DNA of 64,000 nucleotides from the human T2T-CHM13v2.0 reference genome, Homo sapiens. This document shows, one piece after another, positions 1 through 13,586 of the stretch. Position numbers and translations under genes: made by a program. Position 1 is the first letter of the stretch. The number at the start of each line of letters is the position of its first letter. The notes beneath the pieces were generated by a model. The model did not search any database and had not been told where the DNA came from. It saw only the letters and a program-made list of their open reading frames with translations. Location: the NCBI RefSeq assembly GCF_009914755.1, contig NC_060926.1; one strand, 5' to 3'.

Positions 1-95
1 CAGAGTTGAGTACTTGTGACAGAGACTGTATGGCTTGCAGCTGCTGAAACATTTACTATCCGTCCCTTTATAAAAATTTGCCAAGTTTTCTACTA
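1..95 (+). mobile_element. MER58-type hAT-Charlie DNA transposon, 3' part
   Basis: agagttgagtacttgtgacagagactgtatggc...atttactatccgtccctttataaaaatttgcc matches the MER58A 3' half and the second copy at 6887-7100. Confidence 0.7.
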
Positions 96-427
96 CAGGT
101 ACCGGATTGTATTGAGAAAACCATTTCAGAATACAAATGTAGTAAAGTAGATAAGATCAGTCAGCTAAAAGGAAGTTTAAATCCCACTAACCAACCTCTC
201 TGTATCCTCCCTTCCCATTCACACACCCTTCCCAGGCTTTGATATCTATCATTCTATTCTCTACCTCCATAAGATCAGATTTTTAGCACCCACATATGAA
301 TGAGAACACGTGGCATCTGTCTTTCTGTGACTGGCTCATGTCACTTAACGTTATGACCTCAACTTCTTTCCACATTGCTGCAAATGACAGGATGTCATTC
401 TTTTTTATGACTGAAGAGTATTTTATT

Positions 428-555
428 GTGTGTGTGTGTGTACATATATATGTGTATATATATGTATATACGTATACTACATATACGTATATACATATAT
501 ATACACACACGTACATGTATACATAGTATATATGTATATACATATATATGTATAT

Positions 556-591
<36 letters not shown>
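428..591. repeat. Compound (TG)n/(TA)n/(CA)n microsatellite inside the L1
   Basis: Read directly; accounts for the Y/I/H/T/C/V-rich ORFs at 283-632. Confidence 0.97.
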
Positions 592-594
<3 letters not shown>

Positions 595-3500
595 TTTCTT
601 TATCTATTCATCATCTGTTGATGGACACTTAGGCTGATTCTATACCTTTGCTATTGTGAATAAGTGCTATGATAAACATATAAATGCAGGTATCCCTTTG
701 ATACATAGATTTATTTTCCTTTACACAAATACCCAACTCAAGATTGCTATGACTATTCAGCTTATTTTTGGTTCCATGAGAATTTTAGAATTGTTTTTTC
801 TATTTCTGTGAAAAATGGCATTGGTATTTTCACAGAGATTCCATTAAATCTGTAGATTCCTTTGGTCAGCATGGTCATCTTATTGATATTAATTCTTCTG
901 ATCCCTGAGCATGGGATGTCTTCCATTTGTTTGCTTCCTCTTCAATTTCTTTCATCAGTGTTTTGCAGCTTTCTTTGCAGAGATCTTTCAGCTCCTTTGT
1001 TAAAATTAATTCCAAGGCATTTATTTATTTTTTGTGGGTATTTTAAATGGGATTACCATATTGATTTATTTCTAAACTGGCTTATTATTGGTATATAAAA
1101 ATGCTATTGATTTATGGATGTTGATTTTGTATTCTGCAACTTTAGTGCATTTATCAAATCTAGGAATTTATTGGTAGAGTATTTAGGGTTTTCTAAATGT
1201 AAGATTATAACATCAGCAAAGAGGGACAATGTGACTTTTTCTTTTCTAGCTTGGTTGCCTTTTCTTTCTTTCTCTTGCTCCAACTAGGACTTCCAGTACT
1301 ATATTGAATAGGCATGGTGAAAGCAGGCATCCTTGTTTTGCTCCAGATCTTACAGGAAAGGCTTTCAGTTTTACCCGAGTCAGTGTGATGTTAGCTGTGG
1401 GTTTGTCACACATGGCTTTCATTATTTTGAGGTAAGTTTTCTCTATGTCTGTTCATTGAGAACATTTATCCTGAAGAGATGCTGAATTTCATCAAATGCT
1501 TTTCCTGTGTCTTTTGAGATAATTATATGGTTTCTGTCTTCCATTCTGTTTATGTGATATTTCATATTTATTGATCTGCATATGTTAATTATTCTTGCAT
1601 CCGTGAGATAAATTCCACTTGGTCATGTTATATGACCATTTTGATATGCTGCTGGATTCAGATTGTTATGTTTTGTTGAGGATTTTTGTGTCTATGTTCA
1701 TCAGAGATATTGGCTTATAGTTTAGTTTTCTGTTGTGTCCTTGTCTGGCTTTTGTATCAGGGTAATGCTGGCCTCATAGAATGAGTTAGTGAGGGTTCCG
1801 TCTTCATCAATTTTTTAGAATAGTTTGAGGAGGATTGGTACTAGTTCTTTTATGTTTGGTAGAATTTGGCTTTGAATCCATCCTATACTAGGATTTTCTG
1901 TATTAGAGAACTTTTTATTACTGATTTAATCTTGCTACTTGTTACTGTTTTTTGCAGACTTTCTATTTATTTCTAATTTAATCTTGGTAGGTACTATGCT
2001 TTAAGGAATTTCTCCATTTCTTCTAGGTTTTCCAGTTTGTTAGTACATAGCTATTTATAATATTCTCTGATGATCTTTTATACATCTGTTGTACCAGTTG
2101 TAATGTCTCCTTCTTAAATTTTGATTGTATTTGAGTCTTCTTTTCTCTTTTCTACTTGGTTAGTCTAGGTAGCAGGTTACCAATTTTGTTTATCTTTTTT
2201 TAAGTACCAACTTTTTAATTGATCCTATGTATTGTTTTTCAGTCTGTATTTTGTTTACTTTTGCTCTGATCTTTATTTCTTTTCTTCTGGTTAATATGGG
2301 GTTTGTTCTTGCTTTTCCCGTTCCTTAAGGTCATATCATTGGTTATTTATTTGAAATCTTAACTGCTTTTCTTGATGTAGGCATTTATTGCCATAAACTT
2401 TCCTCTCAGTACTGCTTTTGCAGTATTTCACAAATTTTAGTATGTTGTATTTCTGTTTTCATTTAAGAAAATTTTGATTGCCATCTTAATTTCTTTATTG
2501 ACCCAAGGGTTGTTAAGGAGCATGATTTTTAATTTTCACGTATTTGTGTAGCTTCCAGTTTCTCTTGGGGTTGATATCTAGTTTTATTCCATTGTCATCT
2601 GAGAAGATACTTGAAATGATTTCAATTTTCAAAAATTTGTTGAGGCTTGTTTTGGGGCCTGACGTATAGTCTATACAGGAGAGTATTACATGTATCGATG
2701 GGAAAAATGTATATTCTGCAGTTATTGGATAAAATGTTCCTTAAAATCCGTAAGGTCCATTTGATCTAGAGTTCAGTGTAAATCCAATACACCTTTGTTA
2801 GATTTCTATCTAGTTGATCTGTCTAACGCTAAAAATGAGTGTTGAAGTCACCAACTATTACTATATTGAAGTCTATCACTTTAGATGTAATAATATTTAA
2901 TCAATTTACATTCAAGATTATTATTGATATGTGAGTTTTTGTACTGTCATATTGTTAATTTTTTTTTGGTTGCTTAGCATGTTTCTTCTTCATTTTCTCT
3001 TATTGTTTGTCTTTGTGGTTTGATGTTATACTCTAGTGACACCATTTGCGTCCTTCCTTTTCCCCATTTGTGTGTTTGGTTTACCAGTGAGTTTTGTACT
3101 TTCATGTATTTTTATGATGGTAGTTGTCATCCTTTCACTTCCAAGTTTAAGACTCCCTTGAGCATTTCCTGTAGGACCAGAATAGGAGTGATCAATTCCC
3201 TTAAATTTTTGGTTGTCTGGGAAAGCCTTTATTTTCATTCAGGAAGAATAACTCTGCTGAACGTAGTATCCTTGGTTGAGGTTTTGTTGTTGTGGTTTTT
3301 GTTGTTGTTTTAGCACTCTGAATACATTCTCACATTCTCTGCTGGCCTGTAAAGTTGCTGCTGAGAAATCTACTGTTAGTCTTTTGGGGTTCCTTTATAG
3401 GTGACTAGACACTTTTCTTTTCTTGCTTTTGGTATTTCTTTTGCTTTAACTTTAGACAGTTTGACTATAATGTGTCATCAAGAAGACCTTTTAGCATTAT

Positions 3501-3646
3501 ATCTGTTTGGAGATCTTTGGGCATTCTGTATCCGGAATCCTAGGTCTCTAGCTAGACTTGTGAAGTTGTCATCTAATATTTCATTCAATACGTTTTCTAA
3601 CCTTTATGTTCTTTCTTCACCCTTGGAAATACCAATATCTAGTCAT

Positions 3647-3855
3647 TTTATATTGTTGCAAATGTCATGAAGACTTTTCTCATCCTGAAAATACTTCTTC
3701 TGCTTGATCTAGTCTATTAAAGCTTTCCATTGTATTTTATATTTGATTTAACTTTACATTGTTCCAAATGTCACAAAGACTTCTCATTCTGAAATTATTT
3801 TTTCTGCTAGATCTAGTCTATTAAAGCTTTCCATTGTATTTTATATTTGATTTAA
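3647..3855. repeat. 104-bp tandem duplication within L1 ORF1 region
   Basis: 46-nt block gatctagtctattaaagctttccattgtattttatatttgatttaa is identical at 3706-3751 and 3810-3855; the upstream halves are homologous but diverged. Confidence 0.9.
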
Positions 3856-6800
3856 TAAATTCTTCAGTTTTAGAATTTCTATTTGGTTCTTTGTTATATC
3901 TGCCTTTCTGGTAAATTTCTCATTCGTATCCTGAATTATACATATTTTACCTGTATTGTTTTTCAGAATTCTCTTGCATCTTTAAAATCAGTATTTTGAA
4001 TTCTTTATCTGAGATTGTAACAATTTATTTTTGATTGGTTTCTTTTGCTGGAGAATTATGAGTTCCTTTCAGGTGTCAAGTTGCCTTGCTTTTTATGTTT
4101 CCTTTGTCATTACACTGATACCTGTACATCTGGTGTAATGATCACTTCTTCCAATTTATAAGATTGTTTTCATAGGGGAGGACTTTTTTTCTTAAGGTGT
4201 ATTTATGTTATTGGTTGGATATGATGCTTTGGCTTTGATTTTGGGTGCATGCATTTGTGTGTTTTCTGTATGATTTTTTCCACTGTAAACTGCATCAGTG
4301 GTATCTGTGATTCCTTCAGTGGCTCAGGGTTTGGTTATTAGTGGAGGCTGTGGTGCAGTTTTGCTGGGGACTAGGGTGCCAGATGGGCCAGTCTTCAGGC
4401 CCCAGTGGTGGCAATGGTGACTTGAGCATGCCTGTCTTTGGGCCCCTGGATGGCTTATGCTGGCACCAGTGTTGGTGGACCCAGGAGGTCTGGTTTTTGA
4501 GCTTCCACATAAGCAAGAGTGGGCTGAATATGTGGGCAGTTTCTTGGGCCTCTGGCCAGCTGATGTGATGTGGGTGATGGCAGTGGCAATGGTGGAATTC
4601 CCAACCCACTGGAATCCAAGTGATCTATTTTGGTGTTGGCAGTGGCTACAACAGGTTGGGAAGCCCAGGACCCTGTCCTGCTGGTGGCATGTGCAAGTAG
4701 GTGTCAGCTATGGTGATATCAGCCCAACCTCAAACCTCAGAAGCAATTTTCTGGTGCTAATGGTAATGAATTAGGTTGGGCAATTTTCAGACCCGTTGAC
4801 AGCATGTTCAATTACTGAAAGGATAAGACCAGGCCAGCATGCTAGTTCTCAGGCCCCCAGCATTGTGTTTAGGTGCTGGTTTTTATAGGCAGAATTGGAG
4901 TGCTCCCCAGTTCACTGGCAGAATGCTCAGGTATGGGCAGTGGCAGCTGAACTGTGGGCCTGCCACCAGGGAGGGTAAGGCCATTCTCAGTGAAAGCAGC
5001 ATAGGAAGGATATGCAGATTCCTTGTACCTCAGTCCCAAAGCTGCCTGCAACAGTGGCAGTGGGATTTGTCCTCAGAGCATGGGAAGGTGCTTAGCCTTC
5101 CCTCTCCCTTCTAGGCTCAGTGGTGGCAGCGGCAGTAGCGGTGTCCTCAGGGAAGGATACAGTCCTTTGTCCAAAGGCTTGGTCCCTTGTAGGTTTGGCT
5201 ATCAGAATGGTACCAATAGCAGCTGCTCAATACTCAGAAGCTTATGGGATTCCACATGTGTTCCCTCTCTGCAGCAATGCCTCTGTGCAATCTCTAGGTA
5301 GCTCCCTATGTTAGACTTAAGGCCAACCTGGGTAGAGGAGTTCTCCCATAGCTAGGATTGTGAAATACTGTGGGAGGAGTGTGAGCCCGGGGGTCTTTCT
5401 CATACCCTTTCCCTGAGTCTGGGAGCTTCTCCCACTTTCCAGCCGATCTTGGACAAGCAGGCTGCTTCAATTCCTTTTTCTCATTTTGATTGCTTCCCAG
5501 CACTTCTTTCTTGAATCCCAGTATTCTCTCTGAGATCATCTACTTAAAATTTGAGTATCTACTTGCTATTTTGGTTCCTCCCTGTGGATAAGGCACATAC
5601 TAGCTGCATCTACTCAGCCATCTTGAACCCCTCTCCAGTATATTTCTTAATGAGCAGAAAGAGCCTAAGTTTTATAAAAGACCCATTAAATATGAACAAC
5701 ATATTCTTCTCCGGCACTGTGTAGAAAGCAGAGCCTTTCCTCACTGCTCCAAGAAGTTTTGACTTGCATTAAAAATTAATGTTTTATTCTCAAAACAATT
5801 TTATTTTATGACTCTATGCCCATTAGTTACCTCACAGTTTTGAAGTGCTGAATTTCAGATGGAGATTGTTTCTTCATTGCCCTCTTTAAAGTCCCTTTGT
5901 TGAAGCATGGCAGCTGACTGTCACAGACTGACTCAATGCTGATGTTAATATTGTAATTATTTTGTGGACATTATTATGGATCTTGCATATTTTTAGAGTT
6001 TTATCAGTAATTTTAATCGTTGTAAGAACTCAGAGGAGCAAGTCAAACCATGGAAACCAAAAGGGGTCATTCATTCCAGATACCCTACCAAGAATGGCTT
6101 TACTGCTTGCTGTGATTTTTACTTTTCTAGGATCACCATGTATGACCTAGATTCTCTTGCTAGTGCCAGACTTTCATCTCTTATTTATATATCCTATTAA
6201 TGTTTTATTGTAATAGTTGTACATCAGAAATGCTGTGTCATGAAATAGACGCTGTAGAAAATTTTATTTGTCCTACAGGATAATTCAGACATTGCTCTAA
6301 CACATTTTGCCATCGCCCACACTTTTTTAGTCTGCCCTATATTTCAGTCTCAGGAGAGTAAAATCTCTACGTTAATTCTGCCCACACACTTCTACACTGC
6401 TTTTCTGTCTCCTCAGTGACAGATTTGGGTTGGCAATGCTCTGTACTGGCTGCACAACCTTATGGTATTGCTTGCATGAGAGAAGCAAACAACAGTTTCA
6501 TTTTACACATTCAGCACCTCTGATCTTCAGCAGGAGCTGAAGTGTTAAACTCTTTATTAGGGATTCATGGAGACTCCAGATCTTTCACAGGGCATTTCAT
6601 CCTCAGAAGGAGACCATCTGCCTTCCCCAGAATGCCTCACGGTGCCCAAGAGAGGAACAGCCAGGACATGAGGAAGTTCTCTTGTAAGTGGTGGTGAACA
6701 AATCTCAGGAGATAACCCCAGGGATATCAACAGAAGTTTAATTTTTAAAAAACTAAACATAGAAATGATTTTCTCCATTCATTGACTAAATATGATAATA

Positions 6801-6886
6801 GAAATAATGATAACAATGAGAATAAAGTCTGATAAAATTTATGAAATCATTGCTCTCGGTCATATGTTATGTCAAATGATATTGAT

Positions 6887-7100
6887 TAGGGGAAGAAAAC
6901 TATGGCCCACAGGCTGTCCGCTTCTTCTTGTAAATAAAGTTTTAGTGGAACACAGGCACAGCCATTTGTTTATGCATTATCTATGGTTGTCTTCCTCTAC
7001 AATGGCACAGATGCAGTAGTTCTAACAGAGACTATACGACCAACAAAGCCTAAATACTTACTTATCTGGCCCTTTACAGAAAACAAATCACTGATCCTTG
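6887..7100 (+). mobile_element. MER58A hAT-Charlie DNA transposon
   Basis: taggggaagaaaactatggccc...gtaaataaagttttagtggaacacag...tatctggccctttacagaaaa...atccttg; degenerate 8-bp TSD atattgat (6879-6886) / atatacat (7101-7108). Confidence 0.85.
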
Positions 7101-7250
7101 ATATACATTATCTCAATTAGTTCTTTTGAGAACTCTGTGATGTAGGTCCCATTACTATTCTCATATAAATGAAGAAATTGAAACTAAAATGATTAGAGAA
7201 TTTTCCCATGCTTACGAAGTAGGGGACAGACCCTAGGATTTGGAATGTGT
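7101..7250 (-). mobile_element. MIR SINE fragment (probably the host into which MER58A inserted)
   Basis: attatctcaattag...attctcatataaatgaagaaattgaaact resembles the reverse MIR core. Confidence 0.55.
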
Positions 7251-8938
7251 TTATTTCACAATCCTATATAGGTTCTCAAGGCTTTATGGTAACCTTAGGC
7301 AAACAATTTCATCTCCTTGATCCTCAACTCCCTCATGCACAAAGGAAGGGTTCACACTGAGCAGCAGCGATGATGTTTCCCATTTACAACTTTGTGCATG
7401 TCCAGCATGATATTCATTTATTCCAAAAAGGATTTTCCAAATGCCACTCAGGAGAGGGATTTCACAGAAATAACTAGAGGAACTTTTGAAATCATCACAG
7501 GTTTACCCAGAAATTATGCCAGAGGACTATTCTCTATCATTAAATCACATAAATACCTTGTTCTCCAGAATACCATGAATCCAATTATCAGTTCTAGGCA
7601 AAGAGCTCCAATAAACACCTGTAAAATACAAAAATACAAAAATTAATGCTGGGTTTCATGACATGTGTTATTAGAGAATCTTCTGATGAGATCCTCAGAA
7701 GTCTGAAAACCCCGTTGATCTGAGCAGATTTTCTTTCCTAATTACTCCCTTCATTTCAATTTGTAGGCATTCAGGTAGCACCACATGTACTTCTCTGTGA
7801 CCTGTTTGTTCTGAGATCTATTTCTTGCTCTCCTTCTCCTCTGTTCTATATCACAGTGGTGTTGACCCCTGCAGGCTGCATTTTTTAGGCCTGGCATAAT
7901 TAGTGCTGGCTGAGTTTTAGGCCTGTGTGGAAAAATTAAGGAACATAAAACAGACATAATTTTGGGGGTGCTATTCACAAACTGACATCCACTCAGAGAC
8001 TTCCAAGGAGAAATGTCCTTATATGGCATCTGTGGTGCTGAATGTTCTGTGGCTAAACCTCCTTCTCAGGGGACAAAGACAAGGGACAAAGAAATTAGTT
8101 GTGAATAGAATGTGTGAACAAGCCGTTAAAGAGGAAGGTCTACTACAATGCCTTTAAGGCTAAAATTTAGATGAAGATATAATGGCCATCTTTGTTGTGT
8201 TAACTGTCTCCCAGTGCCAAAGGTACTGCAGCTCCATTATTGTTAATCCTGCCAAGGGAGGAAATTACATCTTGACCCTTTGTCATTTAACGACACCTAA
8301 ATGATCCTTGAAATTATAATTACTTTTATTTCTCTTATTAGGTCAATTACTGTGACTCCAGTGCTGCAGATAAGAACAAGATGACATTATGTCATCAAAG
8401 GTGTAAAATTTAGGGATTAATAATAATTGAGCCAGTGCTATAAACAGAACTATTAGTACACAGAACAGCAAGATAAAAATGTTTTAGAATTCCATTCTGT
8501 GGAAACATTTATTCAGATCATGTGGTATAAGTGGATATAACTGCAGAAAGCCTATATGCAGGAATATGTTTTTTTCAGTTGTAGTCATTTTGTTTCACCA
8601 TTTATAACTAAATCAAATTACAAGATTTTTTAGTGTTGTATAAAGAAGGAACACTTGTCAAGAAATCATGTAAAAAGATTCTGTGTGAATACGATATCTA
8701 TACTGTGTAAAATACAAGAAGACTTGTCACTGGGCCTTTTTGTTTTAAATTTTCATCTTTAGAAAGATAGGATTTGAACAAATGATTGCTATCAGCTCTG
8801 ATTCTAAGAATTCCCAGTGTTCTGATTCTAAGAATTTCCCCATTGGATAGATCATATCTCCATGTAATTCTACTACTGACATGTATTTCAAATGAAAATC
8901 TAAACATTTATAATTATTTTACTGTCCTATTCTATAAT

Positions 8939-9653
8939 TGATAGTGGCAGGAGGCAAACAAATGTCTAGGCAGATAGGGGCAGGTCCCCAGCAAAATCCC
9001 ACCTTCAAGCTGAAGATACTTTAAAGCCTAGATACAAGTCCTGGGTAAATCCACAAACCAGACTGAGAACTCTCTTCCCATTTGGCATTCTTTACTCTGA
9101 CTGATCCCCATCCTTCACCTATTTTACATCTATCTACTCTTTACTAACTGATTTTCTACACTGTTGTTGCCTGCCTTTGAGTGGTGCCTTTGCATTAGCC
9201 TTTCTTTGCATACTCACAAACCAATCAGCATGCACTCTCCAGTTCTGAGCCCATAGAAGTCCCAGACTCAGCCACAATGAGAGGAGAAACCACCCTACTG
9301 TGGAGGTGAAAGTCTGCCCCTATGTCCCTTTTCTGCTGAGAGCTGTTCCATCACCCAATAAAGTTCTTATCTACCCTCCTCACTCTCCATTTTTCAGCAC
9401 AGCCTCATTCTTCTTGGATGTGGGACAAGAGCTCAGGAACTGCCAAACACAGGTACTAACTATAACACAGGTGAGCTGGGCACACCTGGCCCAATTGGAG
9501 GCTGGGCCAGTGCACAAGCCAGACTCAGCCTGGGTGAACCAAGTGAGTGGGGCACCTCCTGCAGCAGGTAGTGTGCCCAAGCAAGACCCGGGCAGGTGCA
9601 TTGCCAGCCAGAGGTCCCTGGCTGGCAAAATGACCAAGAAAAATCCTGTGTCA
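8939..9653 (+). mobile_element. Solo ERV1 LTR of the MER4 group (LTR29/MER50-like)
   Basis: TG...CA termini (tgatagtggcaggaggc...cctgtgtca); CCAAT 9221; AATAAA 9357; 4-bp TSD taat/tact; GC-richer than flanks. Confidence 0.8.
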
Positions 9654-10954
9654 TACTGACTTACCTATTAATTCATTTATTCAATCAACATATTTGTCTA
9701 TTAAAAATGCTTTTTAATGCTAATCCTGTTGATTATATTGTGCTTACTGTTGTAAGACTGGAGTTTTATTAGGAAAAATAAAAGACTTGCATTATAGTCA
9801 TAAATTGTAGTGTTGTCATAAAAAAAGATTTAAATGTGAACTATATCAACCATGTGTTAGAAATGGAAAAGTCACAAATGACAATGTTCCAGCAAATGCA
9901 GTGCCAAGAGATGAAAATCATAACCTTGGCTTTGCAGCTAAATATTAATTATTCTTTCCCCAGAAAATACTCCAATAAATAGTTGTCTCCCCTATCAACT
10001 GCAAACTGCTTTAAGATTGATTTTTGTCTTTGAATATTCAATATACAAGAAGCTCATTAAAACTGAGTGATCAAATAAATTAGTCATAGAGTAAGTGAAT
10101 GATGGAAAGAAAGAAAGACGTTTACCTAGTAACTTGCAGGAGGAGAATCACTTTCTTAATTTTAGCAGTGAAAATGCATATATCAAACCATAAGCTTTCA
10201 ATAAGCAATTTGCTCACTAATTGAATATAATGGAGGAAAAATATTTTTGACTATGAATCAGCTAGTAGTACAGGTTAAAGATGCAAAATACTAAAAATAG
10301 GGAGCCACAACAATAAATGCAAACCAGAAATAGAAACAATGTTATTTATATATTAACCTAGTTCAAGCTGACTGATGGGTATATTGGATTTATTATACTA
10401 TTTTATCTACTTCCGCATATGTTAAAAAATTCCCATAACAAAAATTACAAATAAATAGGTATGCTGAGCAGCAGGTATTATTTATGGTATCTGTCATGCT
10501 TTGCCTTGGCGATCACAGTCCATGTAGCACAGGAATTATAAAACAAACAAATCAGTCTTAGTGGTATTACAATGTAGGATTACCTTAGACTTGGGTGCTA
10601 ATATATCATATATTGGTACCATTGTAATTGAAATAACACTGACAGTAAGAAAAGCAAGATAAGGATCTCATGAGAACATATATGAAACTACCAGCCACAG
10701 CAGGAGTCCAACTGAAATTACGAAAATTTGATTTCTAACTAGCTATGAAGGAGTGTTGGAAAGATAAAGGAATGACTTAAGAGTCCTATCATGGGCATCT
10801 GGATGACAGATTCCCCTCTCTGGCCAGTCTGTGATATTCCAAGGGAGACTAAGTGGCTTTGACATTGATTGACAACCAGTATTAATGGGGCCAGCTTGAA
10901 GCAAGCTAGTTGATAATCTGTGACATAATGAACTTTTAAAAAGCTAGCTTTTTC

Positions 10955-13586
10955 AGCTTACCAACCAAAAAATCCCAAGACCAGATGGATTCACAGCTGA
11001 ATTATACCAGATATATAATGAAGAATGAATACCATTCCTACTGAAACTATTTCAAAAAGTTAAGGAGGGGGCACTCCTTCCCAACTCATTCTATGAGGCC
11101 AGCATTATCCTGATACCAAAACCTCACAGAGACGCAACAACAAAAAATGTCAGGCCAATATCCTTGATGAACATTGATGTAATAATCCTTAGCAAAATAC
11201 TGGCAAAGCAAATCTAGCAGCACATCAAAAAGCTAATCCACCACAATAAAGTAGGCTTTATCCCTGGCATGCAAGGTTGGTTCAACATACACAAATCAAT
11301 AACTGTGATTCGTCACATAAACAGAACTAAAAACAAAAAACACATGACCATCCCAATAGATGCAGAAAAGGCTTTTGATAAAATTAAATATCCCTTCATG
11401 TTAAAAGTGTTCAATAAGCCAGGCAATGAAGGAACATACCTCAAATCAATAACAGCTATCTATGACAAACCCATGGCCAGCATCATACTGAACAGACAAA
11501 AGCTGAAAGTATTCTCTTTGAAAACTGGCACAAGACAAGGATGCCCTCTCTCACCACTCCTGTTCAACACAGTATTGGAAGTCCTGACCAGAACAATCAG
11601 GAAAGAGAAAGAAATAAAAGGCATCCAAATAAAAAGAGAAGAAATCAAAGTATCCCTGTTTACAGACAACATGATTCTATATCTAGAAAACCCCATAGCC
11701 TCTGCCAAGAAGCTCCTTTAACGGATACACAACTTCAGCAAAGTTTCAGGATACAAAATCAATGTACAAAAACCAGTAGCATTCCTATATGCCAAAAACA
11801 ACCAAGCTGAAACCAAAATCAGGAATGCAATTCCATTCATAATTGCCACAAAAAGAATGAAATACCTAGGAATACAGTTAACCAGGGAGGTGACAGATCT
11901 CCACGATGAAAGTTATAAAATGCTGCTTAAAGAAATCAGAGAAGACATAAATAAATGGAAAAACATTCTATGCTCATGATTAAGAAAAATCAATATTGTT
12001 AAAATGCCCATACTGCCCAAAGCAATTTACAGATTCAATGCTATTCCTATCAAACTACCAAAAACAGAAAAAAAATTAAAATATGGAATCAAAAAGGATC
12101 CTGACTAATCAAGGCAACACTAAGCAAAAAGAACAAAGCTGGCAGGATCATGTTACTCAACGTGAAACTATGCTACAGGGCTACAGTAACCAAAACTGTA
12201 TGGTACTGGTACAAAAACAGATGCATAGACCAATAGACCAGAATAGACAGCCAAGAAGTAATCCCACATACCTACAACAAACTGATCTTTGACAAAGCTG
12301 ACAAAAGCAAGCAATGGTGAAAGGACTACCTATTCAATAAATCATGCTGGGATAACTGACTAGCCATATGCAGAAGACTGAAACTGGACCCCTTCCTTAT
12401 ACCATACACAAAAATAAACTCAAGATGAATTAATGATTTAAATGTAAAACCTAAAACTACCAAAACTTTGGAAGATAACCTAGGGAATACCATTCTGTAC
12501 ATAGGACCTGACGAAGATGTCATGATGAAGAAGCCAAAAGCAATTGCAACAAAAGCAAAAATTGACAAACGAGATCCAATTAAACTAAACAGCTTTTGCA
12601 CTGCAACAGAAACTATCAACAGAGTAAATAAACAACCTACAGAATGGGCAAAAAATATTTGCAAACTATGCACCCAACAAAGGTCTAGTATCCAGAGTTT
12701 ATAAGGAATTTAAGCAAATTTACAAGAAAAAATAAAACAACCTCATTAAAAAGTGGTCAAAGGACATGAAGAGGTACTTTTCTAAAGAAGACATACATGC
12801 AGCCAACAGCATATAAAAAATGCTCAGCATCACTAATCATTACAGAAATTCAAATCAAAACCACAATAAGGTATCATCTCACAGAAGTCAGAACGGCTAT
12901 CACTAAAAAGTCAAAAAAATAACAGATGCTGGCGAGGTTATGGAGAAAAGAGAATGCTTATACACGGTTGGTGGCAGTGTAAATTAGTTCAGCCATTATA
13001 GAAAGTGGTATGCAGAAATGAACTAAAAGAAGAATTACTATTTGACCAAGCAATCCCATTATTGGGTATATACTAAAGAAAAATAAATCATTCTACCAAA
13101 AAGAAACATGCTTGCATGCATATGTAAATTGCAGCACTATTCACAACAGCAAATACATTGAATCAGACTAAATATCCATCACTTAGAGACTGGATAAAGA
13201 ATATGTGGTACATATACACCATGGAATACTATGCAGCCATAAAAAAGAATGAGATCATGTCCTTTGCGGGGACATGGGTGGAGCTAGAGGCCATTATCCT
13301 AAACAAACTAATGAAGGAACAGAAGACCTAATACCACATGTTCTTACTTATAAGTCAGAACTACACTGTGAGGACACATGGACCAAAAGAGGACAACAAT
13401 GGACACTGTGGCCACCTTGGGGGTGGGGGGTTGGGAGGACGGAGAGATCAGAAAAAAAAAATACCTGTTAGATACTATCCTTAATACCTGGGTGATGAAA
13501 TAATCTGTACACCAAACCCCCATGACACAAGTTCACCTATATAAAACCTTGCACATGTACCCCAGAACCTAAAATAAAAGTTTTTT
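10955..13586 (+). mobile_element. 5'-truncated LINE-1 (L1PA13-16-like), broken ORF2 RT plus 3'UTR
   Basis: ORF 11269-11721 carries RT motifs ([32 protein letters not shown] at the YADD position); 3' end aacctaaaataaaag; 16-bp TSD aaaagctagctttttc at 10939-10954 and 13587-13602. Confidence 0.95.

Larger units (their letters stand above)
180..5636 (-). mobile_element. Near-full-length old LINE-1 (L1MA2-5-like) with 5'UTR, decayed ORF1/ORF2 and internal deletions
   Basis: Minus-strand 3'UTR/ORF2 C-terminus at 180-735 (KNDILSFAAMWKEVEVITLS). RT/EN remnants at 737-2930. GC-richer 5'UTR at ~4300-5636, ending in the reverse complement of GGAGAGGGGTTCAAGATGGCTGAGTAG (L1 5' terminus with YY1 core). 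Confidence 0.88.

Noticed and set aside
4316-5539. ORF cluster in a GC-richer patch suggesting a gene or CpG island
   Set aside because: It is the CpG-depleted 5'UTR of the old L1
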